DNA of 55,536 bases from the IMG/VR virus record IMGVR_UViG_3300015195_000001, positions 1 to 55,536 of that record; one strand, 5' to 3'. The stretch comes from a virus. The position numbers and the translations under genes were made by a program. A model generated the notes under the pieces. It did not search any database. It saw only the letters and a program-made list of their open reading frames with translations, and was not told the DNA's origin. This document shows positions 15,412 to 24,380 of this stretch, piece by piece; the first letter of the stretch is position 1, and each line of letters opens with the position of its first letter.

Positions 15412-15609
15412 TCACGGAATCTTAGCGCTGGTCTTGCTCGATCCCAGGCCCGCGCTCGTCGGGTTGGCTAGGACGGCGACGGTGGTCCGTCCGGTATTCG
15501 TCACCGCAAAAAGCGGGCTGACCATCGTCGGCGCGGGCACGATCACGCTAGCTATGGAGACCCCGTTCCCGCCGAAGAACGCCCCCGCGAAGACGGCCCC
15601 GCCGAACAC
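15412..15609 (-). CDS. Hypothetical small protein
   Basis: 65-aa Gly/Ala-rich ORF that abuts its neighbours. Confidence 0.4.
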   Translation of the reverse strand: MFGGAVFAGAFFGGNGVSIASVIVPAPTMVSPLFAVTNTGRTTVAVLANPTSAGLGSSKTSAKIP

Positions 15610-16104
15610 CTAGGCTCGCTTCCGCTTGTTGATGCTGACGGGTCGTGATCCCTCGATACCAACATCGGCCGCGCGCGTGATATCAACCTTGTCAGAATCC
15701 TCGATCACCTTGTCGAGGCGCTCCTTACTCACCGCCGGCGCGTGGTCGATATCGTCGACGAACTGAATGACGTTCGCGTTGATGAGTAGCCAGTCGGCGT
15801 TATCGACGCGCCGCTTGAGATAGGCGTACAGGTCGTCCTCGATGCTGAACTTCTTGCCCTTGGCCGCGTCGAGAATATCGAGTACCTTGATCGACTGGCG
15901 TACCTCGTCGATCTGCGCACCCTTGGCCGCGTTCTCCGGCGTCTTGAGGATGACCGCGATGGTGTCCCGATACGAGAACATCTGACGGATCATCGAGTCT
16001 TCGTCGAAGGGCGTCCCTTTCGGCACTTCGGGGAGCTTTCCGTCCGGGCCGGGGCGACGGTAGTACGTCGCGTTCACGAGGTCACGGAGCTCGATGATTC
16101 TCAT
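15610..16104 (-). CDS. Hypothetical protein
   Basis: 164-aa ORF. Confidence 0.6.
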   Translation of the reverse strand: MRIIELRDLVNATYYRRPGPDGKLPEVPKGTPFDEDSMIRQMFSYRDTIAVILKTPENAAKGAQIDEVRQSIKVLDILDAAKGKKFSIEDDLYAYLKRRVDNADWLLINANVIQFVDDIDHAPAVSKERLDKVIEDSDKVDITRAADVGIEGSRPVSINKRKRA

Positions 16105-16367
16105 ACCTGGACCGCTCCAAGTGCGGCAATTGCCGCCGCGCGCTGGGCGGGGGAGGCGGTCTGCCAGGCTGCCCGTGCAATCTCGGCGTTGGTCGTCGTA
16201 CGGTCCGAAGCGTAGCCGCTGAACAGCGACCGGAACTCATCGGCTAGCATTTGCCCAGCGGTTTGCGGTGCTTGTTGAGCAGCGGCGCGAATTGTGTTGA
16301 CCACGACGAGACGAGCGGCTATCGCTGCATCTTCCGCCGCCGTGGTGGTGTAGTTAAAAGTTGCCAT
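16101..16367 (-). CDS. Hypothetical protein
   Basis: 88-aa ORF with a 4-nt overlap with the downstream gene. Confidence 0.55.
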   Translation of the reverse strand: MATFNYTTTAAEDAAIAARLVVVNTIRAAAQQAPQTAGQMLADEFRSLFSGYASDRTTTNAEIARAAWQTASPAQRAAAIAALGAVQV

Positions 16368-16472
16368 TTAACCCCCTGCCTGAACTCTGATATAATTGGC
16401 AAAGCTAAACCCGGGCACCGCTGCAAACGGCCCCGGGCACGGCACTCCGAAATCTGTATGAGAGGTTTCAGA

Positions 16473-17060
16473 ATGCCCGACTATTTTACCCTTACCTGTC
16501 GCAACTGTGCCCAAACCTTTACGGTTTCCCGCCACCTTCAAAAGCGTAAGTACTGCACGCTCCAGTGCTACAACTCGCTCCGACCATCGAAACCAACCCT
16601 GCCTCGTCTTGAAGCCAAAACTCAGAAAGCAGAGGGCGATCGTTGCTGGCTTTGGACTGGTGGCAAAAGCAAGGACGGATACGGCACCATTAAGGTCGGT
16701 GGCATCATGTGCAAGGCGCATCGCGTAGCGTGGGAACTCGCGTACGGTCCAATCCCCGATGATCTTGAAGTTCTTCACAATTGCCCCGACGGAGACAATC
16801 CGTCTTGTGTTCGACCTTCACACTTATGGCTCGGTAGCCAGGCCGAAAACATACTCGACATGATTCGCAAAGGGAGAGATCGCAAAGCGCGCGGCGAAAG
16901 AGCCGGTATGGCGAAACTGACAACTGAGAATGTCATCGCGATCCGACGGGCGAGAGAACAACATGGCATTTCATACGCGTCTCTCGCGGCAAAATACGGG
17001 CTCACCATCCAAGGAATCCAAGCTGTCATCATGAGAAAGACCTGGACGCACGTTTCATAG
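16473..17060 (+). CDS. HNH homing endonuclease (HNH_3 type)
   Basis: CWLWTGGKSKDGYG ... AHRVAWEL ... VLHNCPDGDNPSCVRPSHLWLGSQAEN. On the opposite strand to its neighbours and AT-richer. TGATATAAT extended -10 at 16387-16395. An alternative ATG lies at 16458. Confidence 0.85.
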   Translation: MPDYFTLTCRNCAQTFTVSRHLQKRKYCTLQCYNSLRPSKPTLPRLEAKTQKAEGDRCWLWTGGKSKDGYGTIKVGGIMCKAHRVAWELAYGPIPDDLEVLHNCPDGDNPSCVRPSHLWLGSQAENILDMIRKGRDRKARGERAGMAKLTTENVIAIRRAREQHGISYASLAAKYGLTIQGIQAVIMRKTWTHVS

Positions 17061-19151
17061 TCACCATGCCGGAATAAACCTCACGACCCCGGACGCATTC
17101 ACGACCCTGAACCATTCCTGAATAGCCGTGTTCGCACCGGTTGGTGCGGAGGCGGCAGTAAAAAGGGCCGCGACCGAACCATTAGCAACATTGGAATCCA
17201 AGCGGAAGTCACCCGCGCACCAGATTGCTACCGCCGGATTAGTAAACACCACGTTTGACCCAGCGATAGGCGGACCATCAACAGCGAACGTGGCGGCTTG
17301 AGTAAATGTGGTAGCTGCTGTCCCCGCCGTGTATGTGCGTGGACGGATGCGAAAGGCGCGAAGGGCCGCGACGGTGCCTGCCCCTGTCGTGAAGGCAAGT
17401 GAGGCAGTTAGGTTGAAGAGAACATCATTAGATTCCGCGATAGTCTGGCCGGTGTGGGCGCCGGCGGTGGCGGTTAGGAGGACGCGGTTGCCGCTACCAG
17501 CGACTGATTGGGTAAGGGTGAAAAGGTTGACAGATGCATTTAATGAATTATTGATAGTCGCGGCGACGTTCGCGACTAAGTTGTTGGCAGTAATGTTGCC
17601 ACAAAGCACAGTGCCGTTCACATCAACGCTAAATTTCGAGACCGCCACCAATTGAAAATCAACGAATCGCCCTGTAAACCCCGTTGCCGCATTTATTCCC
17701 AGCCCCGTCCCCGCCGTGCTCCACGCCGTACTCGTCGTCCCGGTCGGCTCGATGAGCACATACGGCTTCGTCGTCGTCGCGTTACCGCCGGTAATCCACG
17801 TCCCTGTCGCCTGAAAGATCGGCCCGGTCGTCGTACTCAACCCACCGTTGCCGTCGAGGCCCAGCCCACCGCTTTGCAGCAAGAGGGCGAGAGGCCGCGT
17901 AATCAGCGCCGATCCAGCCGCGACCGGCGCCCCCTCGATTGCGACGGTCGGTGACGTTGCCACCGTCTGCGCCGTCCCCGCCGTGATCGTCGGTATGCCG
18001 AACCGCACAAACCTCTGCAGCGCGTAGCCGCCGGTGATTGTCGTCGTCACACCGACTTTGTACAGGTGGTGGAACTCAGCGGTCACGGCGGTATGAGCGC
18101 CCGGAGTCCACGTCCAGAGTGTCGCGCCGCCAGCGGTCGCCACGCCGGTGATCGAGTTCCCGCTCCCTGCGCTTACGACGAGAGATCCGGAGGTTATTGT
18201 CAGGCCGCCGGAGTCGACGACCGGCGAGGTCATATGCGGCGCGGCGAGGATGCCGACTGAGGTCAGGGATGACGCCAGGACCGTCGCGTTGAGCGTAGCG
18301 CCGGTGAGAGTGGTCGCCGCCGCCGTGACGGTAATATTGGCCGTGCCGTCGAAGTTCACCGTGTTGATCGTGCGTACATTCTGGAGAGCTGTCGCGGTTG
18401 CGGCGTTCCCGTTCACGGAGCCGGCAATCGTCGCGGTCACGGTCAGGGTGGCAAGTGTCCCAACAGACGTAAGCGACGACGCGGTAACTCCCGCCGCGAG
18501 CGTGTTGCCGGTTAGCGTTCCGGCCGCAGCCGCAACCGTGATTGCGGCACTGCCGTCGAAATTGACGCCGTTGATGGCGCGCGGCGTGGCAAGGACTGTC
18601 GCGCTCGCTGCTAGTGTTGCCGAGGTCGCATTGAGGCCCGCGATGTCCGCATTGACCAGCGCTCGGAACGTCGGCGCGGCGTTACCGCCGGATGTTGGTC
18701 CGGCGTAGACGAGGTTCGGCGCTTGCACGACCTTCGTCAGGGTAAGGGTGCCTGCCCCGACAACCGGCGAGCTGCCGACGGTGAACAGGTCGGCCGGCGC
18801 GGTCAGGCCAACCGACGTGACGGTGCCCCCGAGCGCCAGGGCCTCGATGTCGGTGAACGTCTTAGCCGTGGCCGACTGGAATATCTCCCAGCCAACCGCC
18901 GCGTTGAGGGCCGCCGCGCTCGCGCCATGGTCGGTTTCGGCCAGGCGGGTGATCGTGAGCGTATCGCCGGCGACCGCCGTGACACGGACGATCTCCAGCG
19001 GCAGGACCGTGCCCGTTGCCCGCAGCGTGGCGTTTGCATTGGCGACAAAGCGGCCGCCGGTGCCAGGCGTGACGGACACGGAGAGGCCAGCAATGCCGGG
19101 GGCGTTCACAAGAACGCTGTAGGCGGCATTTGCGTGGAGGTCTACGGGCAT
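17061..19151 (-). CDS. Tail fibre protein
   Basis: Tail-fibre repeats (ATPRAINGVNFDGSAAITV; LQNVRTINTVNFDGTANITV) in a long Ala/Thr/Gly/Val-rich sequence. Confidence 0.8.
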   Translation of the reverse strand: MPVDLHANAAYSVLVNAPGIAGLSVSVTPGTGGRFVANANATLRATGTVLPLEIVRVTAVAGDTLTITRLAETDHGASAAALNAAVGWEIFQSATAKTFTDIEALALGGTVTSVGLTAPADLFTVGSSPVVGAGTLTLTKVVQAPNLVYAGPTSGGNAAPTFRALVNADIAGLNATSATLAASATVLATPRAINGVNFDGSAAITVAAAAGTLTGNTLAAGVTASSLTSVGTLATLTVTATIAGSVNGNAATATALQNVRTINTVNFDGTANITVTAAATTLTGATLNATVLASSLTSVGILAAPHMTSPVVDSGGLTITSGSLVVSAGSGNSITGVATAGGATLWTWTPGAHTAVTAEFHHLYKVGVTTTITGGYALQRFVRFGIPTITAGTAQTVATSPTVAIEGAPVAAGSALITRPLALLLQSGGLGLDGNGGLSTTTGPIFQATGTWITGGNATTTKPYVLIEPTGTTSTAWSTAGTGLGINAATGFTGRFVDFQLVAVSKFSVDVNGTVLCGNITANNLVANVAATINNSLNASVNLFTLTQSVAGSGNRVLLTATAGAHTGQTIAESNDVLFNLTASLAFTTGAGTVAALRAFRIRPRTYTAGTAATTFTQAATFAVDGPPIAGSNVVFTNPAVAIWCAGDFRLDSNVANGSVAALFTAASAPTGANTAIQEWFRVVNASGVVRFIPAW

Positions 19152-19384
19152 TGTGTCTCCGGGGCCGCGTCCTCAACGGGCACTGGTGCTGTCTCCGCGA
19201 CCGTCTCAGACGAAGCGAACCGCGTAATCCTCCCGGCCAGGTCGAAGTTGTCGAACTGTCCGATCTGGTAGGTATCGCTCAGGTAACGGCGGTAGCTCTC
19301 GTATACGGACGCGACCCGTTCGATCTCCTTGAGGGTAACAAGGAGGTAGCTGACATGATCGGCGGATATTTGGTCGGGTGGCAC
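19142..19384 (-). CDS. Hypothetical protein
   Basis: 80-aa ORF between two fibre genes. Confidence 0.5.
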   Translation of the reverse strand: MPPDQISADHVSYLLVTLKEIERVASVYESYRRYLSDTYQIGQFDNFDLAGRITRFASSETVAETAPVPVEDAAPETQCP

Positions 19385-19386
19385 GG

Positions 19387-20259
19387 TTAGACCAGTGTCC
19401 CGACGGCGAGCGACTTGAGGACGCCGCCGACGTTTCCATAGACCGTCAGAACGCTACCGGCCAGCCTGAACGCCACGGCGCCGCCTTCCAGAGTCGCAAT
19501 CGACAGCGGTACATCGCCATCAGCCTGAATCTCAACGAGCATCTTCTTTCCCGTACCGTCCTTCGCGCCGCACTGCAACCGGAGGCGCCCACCGCTGAGA
19601 TTAGAACCGGCGAACGCCCGACCCGACAGAATAATGGCATCACCCGGAGATCCGGTCAGGCCACCCTGCCCGGCGACTAACTGAGCGAGGCCTCCCGCAC
19701 CGTTTCCGTCACCGCCGCCGGCATTAATGCTGATGAAATCCCCGGAGCCGTTGCTACCGCCCGGCGCGGCCCCGGCATTGATGTTCAGGCCGCCACCTAA
19801 AATACCCCGGATGGGGCCAGACACGAAGGGTGACGTGAGGGTCTTATTCGTGAGCGTCTCCGCCATGTCCTCGGTGACAAGGACATGGCTCGCTGCTCCG
19901 TCGCCGATATACAGTTTCGGGTTGACATACGCGAGCCGCCCATCCACATTCGACGCCGCTCCGTTAATGCTTGGGTTCGTGAGGGTTGGCGTGAGATACC
20001 CGGCTGCGCCGGAGACCGTACCGGAGATGGTCGGACTAGCGATGACCGGCGAGTTAATCGTGGGTGCCCCGGTGATCGTCCCGGTGATACTCGGATTCGT
20101 GATGGTCGGTGCGGTTAGCGTCTTGTTCGTCAGCGTTTCCGTCGTCGCCGGCCCGACCATCAGGTCAATCGCGGCGAGCGCGGCGAGGTAGTTCGCGCGC
20201 GTGACAGTCTCGACGCCGAGCGGGAGCGGGATCGCGTTGCGAGCTGAGGGTGTTGGCAT
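19387..20259 (-). CDS. Tail fibre / fibre-adaptor protein
   Basis: Repeated TLTNKTLT.P and P.I.G motifs. Confidence 0.65.
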   Translation of the reverse strand: MPTPSARNAIPLPLGVETVTRANYLAALAAIDLMVGPATTETLTNKTLTAPTITNPSITGTITGAPTINSPVIASPTISGTVSGAAGYLTPTLTNPSINGAASNVDGRLAYVNPKLYIGDGAASHVLVTEDMAETLTNKTLTSPFVSGPIRGILGGGLNINAGAAPGGSNGSGDFISINAGGGDGNGAGGLAQLVAGQGGLTGSPGDAIILSGRAFAGSNLSGGRLRLQCGAKDGTGKKMLVEIQADGDVPLSIATLEGGAVAFRLAGSVLTVYGNVGGVLKSLAVGTLV

Positions 20260-20263
20260 GTCG

Positions 20264-20599
20264 TTACATCGCCGCCGTGCGGCCCAGCTCGATCAGGTTG
20301 ACGCCGTCGCTGAGAAAATGGATCGTCGCCGTCTTCGAGAGCACCATCGACAGCGTACCGACCGTCTTGAAGTTCGTGCCGAACGTGAAGACGACCGTTC
20401 CCGATGCGTCCGTCGTCAGGTCGACGGCGTAAATCTGCCCGGCGAGGCCACCCGAGGCGGCATTGATCGTGGGGGCCGCCGAGGTCGTGAAGCTCGCCGG
20501 GACTTGGAACGCCGTGGCCTTCGTCGGGTCAAGCGAGATCGTCGCGGAATACGCCAGTGCGATGAGGCGAGGGAAGGCGCTCGGGTAAGTCAGTTTCAC
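20264..20599 (-). CDS. Stand-alone paralogue of the tailspike C-terminal domain
   Basis: About 50% identity by eye to the last ~100 aa of the 22233..24371 product (ATISLDPT, TINAAS, FGTNF.T.GTL, FLSDG, RTAA). Confidence 0.6.
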   Translation of the reverse strand: MKLTYPSAFPRLIALAYSATISLDPTKATAFQVPASFTTSAAPTINAASGGLAGQIYAVDLTTDASGTVVFTFGTNFKTVGTLSMVLSKTATIHFLSDGVNLIELGRTAAM

Positions 20600-20601
20600 G
20601 A

Positions 20602-21030
20602 CTATCCCTCTTTCGCGGCAAATGCCTGCCCGGTGAGCGGGCCAATCACGCTGATAAGCTCGGTCGAGACGAATCCCGAATCCATCGAGAACACGGCACC
20701 CGGCGTCAACTCAATCGACGGCTGAGAGGCCACGGCGGTCGTCGTGAAGTTGACCCAGAGGCTATTCGTGCGATCAAGGTTCTGGAGAAAGAAGTGGCGT
20801 CGGGCCAGATTGATCGCCGCGAGTGTCTGAGCCACGCCCCCGGCGGTGATCGTGCCGGAGCGATTGGTGAGAGTTCCCTGAGACGGAGCGGTCGCGGTAT
20901 AGCCGCCGACGCCGCGCGGGTCCATGTAGCCGCCCAGACCGGCGTTGAGTGTCTGGTCCCAGACGCCCGTGTGAGATAGCCCGCTCTGGTCCTTGGGAAG
21001 TACGTTTGTGCCTTCAGCCGGTGCTGGCAT
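20602..21030 (-). CDS. Hypothetical tail-associated protein
   Basis: 142-aa ORF within the fibre cluster. Confidence 0.55.
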   Translation of the reverse strand: MPAPAEGTNVLPKDQSGLSHTGVWDQTLNAGLGGYMDPRGVGGYTATAPSQGTLTNRSGTITAGGVAQTLAAINLARRHFFLQNLDRTNSLWVNFTTTAVASQPSIELTPGAVFSMDSGFVSTELISVIGPLTGQAFAAKEG

Positions 21031-21053
21031 CGTGTGACTCCTTTGACATGTCG

Positions 21054-21830
21054 CTAGAGAACTTCAAACTGATTCCAACTGAAGTGCTGGTGGTCGACGA
21101 AATCCCAGGTCCAGTTCAACGCGTCGAGTTGATCCCAGGTCAGGCCGTTGATATTGAAAATCACAACCTCGTCGAGATGGGCCGGGAGATAGGCCCGCGT
21201 TTGCGCCAGGACGGCCTGCCAGTTGAGCGGCAACGTCTGGATCGGAAGGGTATACGTCGTTCCGAGACCGCGCGGAATAACGCCCTGGTCGAACCACGCG
21301 CTACCGTAGGCGGTGAAGTTGAAATAGACCGTCTCATTCGGGATGTCCTCGTAGACGAGCGACGGGCCGTCAAAGAACGTCAGATCGAGCGCCAACAGCG
21401 CGGCGATGGTCGGGACCGTGGGGAACGCGAGCCTCGCGTTGATCTGAGCGCGTCGCTGGCTGTCTGGCTGTCCGAGCGCGACGCTCTGCAAAGCACCAAG
21501 GCCACGCGGGACCAGGGTCGCGTCTCCGAGGCCCGTGCCAATAGTCGGTATGCCGAGCTCGCGTTCCCAGAGTGCGAGCGCCCAGACCGGCGCGTTGGCC
21601 ACGTAGGCCGCGTTCAAGACCTGCGTGATGGCGTCGACGAGCGCGTCCACTTCGACGCCCTGCGCTTGCAAGACCGAGGCAAGGTAGGTCGACGCGGCGT
21701 AGATGTTCTGGGGTAGGAGCGCCAGCATGGCCTTACCGGCGGGCGAGGTCAGAATCGTCGCGGGCGCGACGTAGTTGTAGGAGAATACGTCGTTGTAGGC
21801 GATGGTTGGACTCGAATAGCCGCCCGGCAT
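21054..21830 (-). CDS. Mu gp48-like / DUF2313-like baseplate-fibre protein
   Basis: Position after the baseplate J / tailspike genes. Motif ALWERELGIP and the general layout fit. Confidence 0.5.
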   Translation of the reverse strand: MPGGYSSPTIAYNDVFSYNYVAPATILTSPAGKAMLALLPQNIYAASTYLASVLQAQGVEVDALVDAITQVLNAAYVANAPVWALALWERELGIPTIGTGLGDATLVPRGLGALQSVALGQPDSQRRAQINARLAFPTVPTIAALLALDLTFFDGPSLVYEDIPNETVYFNFTAYGSAWFDQGVIPRGLGTTYTLPIQTLPLNWQAVLAQTRAYLPAHLDEVVIFNINGLTWDQLDALNWTWDFVDHQHFSWNQFEVL

Positions 21831-21855
21831 TACTTACACCCGCAATCAGCCATGA

Positions 21856-22011
21856 TCAGGAAACGACTAGCGTGCCATCGCAAACGTTCTCGACAAACCA
21901 GGCGCCGTCGGTCAGGGTCGAGATACCCCCATGAAAGGTCATCCGGTATATCGTCGGTCGCCCGCGCAGGACGTGCCAGGCCAGCGCCAGTCGTGTTCGC
22001 AATTCTCGCAT
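21856..22011 (-). CDS. Hypothetical small protein (51 aa)
   Basis: AAGGAG RBS. The ATG overlaps the TAA of the upstream Zn-ribbon frame (TAATG). Confidence 0.45.
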   Translation of the reverse strand: MRELRTRLALAWHVLRGRPTIYRMTFHGGISTLTDGAWFVENVCDGTLVVS

Positions 22012-22087
22012 TATGTCTCCTTCGTCACAACATAATCAATCGGGCCGTGTTCAAGTCGGTACGCGTGGCCGCAACACTCATGCCCGT

Positions 22088-22222
22088 CTAACTCTCCGCC
22101 GTTGAACCACAGATCGAACGCTTTGCCACAGACAATGCAGGCTCGCTCAATGCGGGGCTAATAGCGTTAGCAAAGACATCTAGTTCGCGGCTTACCTCAG
22201 TGACCATCTGTTCTGCTTCCAT
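22088..22222 (-). CDS. Small ORF (44 aa), possibly the 5' part of a -1 frameshifted Zn-ribbon protein
   Basis: GGGGGAGAGG RBS plus ATG at 22222. The -1 frame from about 22150 to 22011 encodes CIVCGKAF...HECCGH with no start codon of its own. Confidence 0.35.
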   Translation of the reverse strand: MEAEQMVTEVSRELDVFANAISPALSEPALSVAKRSICGSTAES

Positions 22223-22232
22223 CCTCTCCCCC

Positions 22233-24371
22233 TTACGTAATCGCCGCCGTGCGACTCTGCTCAATCCAGCTCGTGCCGTCCGACAGAAACGCCACGACGT
22301 TGACCTTCGAAGCCGTGAGCGTGAGCGTCCCCGTCGTGCGGAAGTTCGTCCCGAACGTCATCACGAGGCCGCCGGTGGAGTCGCTCGTAAACTTGATCCG
22401 CATCGGCTGGCTGCTCGGCCCGACCGACGCCGCATTGATCGTGCTTGCGCCCGTGGCGAACGTCGTTGTCAGCGTGAAGAAGTCGCCGAGCGTCGGATCA
22501 AGGGAGATCGTCGCAGCGTGGGTGAGGGCGACAACGCCGATGGGGTTGTAGCCGGGATTGTTGAAAACATTGTTGTGCGTGCCGAGCAATAACAGCGGTG
22601 CAGTAATCATGTTTTGGATCGCGTTGTCGTGGATGTTGCAGTAGTCGGTGATGGTTGAGCCATCCTGGATCATCTGAATTGCGTAGGTTGTCCCCCGCGC
22701 CCCGCCTGCGCGCGTGTCGGTGATGTCGTTATTGGCAATGGTGTTGTAGTAAGTGTTGGATGGACCGCCACTTTGGTAGAGCATGATCGCCGGGCTAAGG
22801 AAGCCCGGCGCGCCGGTATTGACAATGACGTTTTCTGTTATGACGTTATGAAGGCCACCGCTCTTGATTCCTCCACCCACGTAGGCCTGACATGCTTGGT
22901 TGATCGTATTGTGAGCAATGACGCAGTTTGGAGCGTTATTGAAAATTGCTTGCCCGTCGCAGGTATCAATCGTGTTGCCCGAAATCACCGTGCGAGGAAA
23001 ATCGTTCTCAATACCGAGCGTGCCAATGGTGGCGAAGAGAGTGCCGTTTCCTCCGTTGCGCAGCGTATTGCCCGTGACAGTGTGACCACCAGCACTCGCA
23101 CTGTAGCCAGTCCCGAATGCCGCGAGAAGAATACCGTCCGCTCCAAAATTAAACAGGTTGTTCCCATCAACAACGCACCCCGCGGCCGTACAGATTTGAC
23201 CTACCGACGCATACGCGCCGATCAAGATACCCGCCGCGCCATTGGTCATATCGCCGATGATAGTGTTGCCCGTGACCCGCACGCGACTGGCGTTGTACTG
23301 TGTCTCAATCGCCGCAGAAGCCGCCACCGCGTTGGTCATGTTCAGGTCGCAAGAAGCAACGCTCGTATCACTCCCATTCACAAGGATGCCGATACCGCTC
23401 AGGCTCGCCGCTGCGACCACACGGCACTCGCTGACCTTGCAATTTGCGCCGACTGCTATCGCGGCACTGGTTGCCTTATTTCCAATCGATGTGCAATGGT
23501 CGATGTCCACGAAATCACCTACTACAATGCCGGCAATGCCCTGGTTCCCATCGGTGTAGACGTGGGAAAGGTGCGAATCGGTCATTGTTCCAGACCCTGC
23601 CAGGCCCCGTCCGGCGCAGTTAGTGATCCGGACGTACTCAATCGTGAGTCGGGTGGCTGGAGGGTTGATGAAGATTCCGCTTCCGCCGCTTGGAGCGTTG
23701 GCGAAGTTCCCGTCAATCGTCAAATGGCCGATGTAGCAATCGACCGTACTGCTACCGATATTGAGAACTTGCTGTGTCGACCCCGGCATGAGCTTCAGCG
23801 TCGTCGCACCCATCCCCGCACCCATGATCCGGACGCGCGTCCGCTGGACTGTATTCAGCCCTGCCATGTAGAACGTACCGCTTGGAATAAACCCGAACGC
23901 GCCGACATCGTTTTGCAAGTCCACGAGCCAGGTGTTAACCGCGGCGGTATTATCGGTTCCCCACTCGTGGGCTGCGCCGACGACTGTCGTCGAGGCGTTC
24001 GCCGCGAGCGTGACCTGAGTTGTGCTTTGCCAACTCAGAATCGTCGTTACGAGGGGGGCACCGGCTACCCCAGCACCGATGACGGCAAAGACTTTTCCGA
24101 CGTCGACCGCGCTGAACGATGGCCCGCTCGCCTTGACAAAGATTGCTGCGCCGTTAGTGATTCCGCCCGTTCCGGCCTGAACGTCGCCCTTCGCTCCGTA
24201 CGCCATGACGTTGTAGTGCTTGAGACCGACACTGACCTTTTCGAGCGCCAGGATCGCATCGTTCGCGTTCGAGTGCTGAACATTGTGAACGACTAAGCCT
24301 GTGTTCAGGTTATCGGTCGTTCCATTGGGATTCGTGAAGGTGTCGAGTAGGGCCGGAAAGTTGGTGGGCAT
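22233..24371 (-). CDS. Tailspike with pectate-lyase-like right-handed beta-helix (depolymerase candidate)
   Basis: NVMAYGAKGDV...TNGAAIF pectate_lyase_3-type N-terminal motif, followed by many Asn/Gly/Ile-rich beta-helix coils. Confidence 0.75.
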   Translation of the reverse strand: MPTNFPALLDTFTNPNGTTDNLNTGLVVHNVQHSNANDAILALEKVSVGLKHYNVMAYGAKGDVQAGTGGITNGAAIFVKASGPSFSAVDVGKVFAVIGAGVAGAPLVTTILSWQSTTQVTLAANASTTVVGAAHEWGTDNTAAVNTWLVDLQNDVGAFGFIPSGTFYMAGLNTVQRTRVRIMGAGMGATTLKLMPGSTQQVLNIGSSTVDCYIGHLTIDGNFANAPSGGSGIFINPPATRLTIEYVRITNCAGRGLAGSGTMTDSHLSHVYTDGNQGIAGIVVGDFVDIDHCTSIGNKATSAAIAVGANCKVSECRVVAAASLSGIGILVNGSDTSVASCDLNMTNAVAASAAIETQYNASRVRVTGNTIIGDMTNGAAGILIGAYASVGQICTAAGCVVDGNNLFNFGADGILLAAFGTGYSASAGGHTVTGNTLRNGGNGTLFATIGTLGIENDFPRTVISGNTIDTCDGQAIFNNAPNCVIAHNTINQACQAYVGGGIKSGGLHNVITENVIVNTGAPGFLSPAIMLYQSGGPSNTYYNTIANNDITDTRAGGARGTTYAIQMIQDGSTITDYCNIHDNAIQNMITAPLLLLGTHNNVFNNPGYNPIGVVALTHAATISLDPTLGDFFTLTTTFATGASTINAASVGPSSQPMRIKFTSDSTGGLVMTFGTNFRTTGTLTLTASKVNVVAFLSDGTSWIEQSRTAAIT

Positions 24372-24380
24372 AGTCCGTCC

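Noticed and set aside
21856-21871. 16-nt exact repeat TCAGGAAACGACTAGC, shared between 21856-21871 and 45071-45086. Both copies encode a C-terminal LVVS-stop.
   Set aside because: For a 55-kb genome, about 0.3-0.7 chance 16-mer matches are expected. There is no extended similarity on either side.
20264-22560. Diversity-generating retroelement (template/variable repeat pair) as an explanation for the two similar tailspike C-terminal-domain sequences.
   Set aside because: No reverse transcriptase gene exists anywhere in the genome. The differences between the copies are spread over all bases rather than confined to adenines. The similarity is only about 60-65% at the DNA level.
22773-24296. 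Very long plus-strand ORF (507 aa) antisense to the tailspike gene. Similar antisense ORFs occur at 25005-25958, 20949-21716, 18148-18708, 33878-34453 and 38129-38749.
   Set aside because: Their products are Arg/Ala/Gly/Pro-rich low-complexity translations. These are the shadow ORFs expected opposite real genes in high-GC DNA. The minus-strand products carry clear structural-protein motifs and operon coupling.
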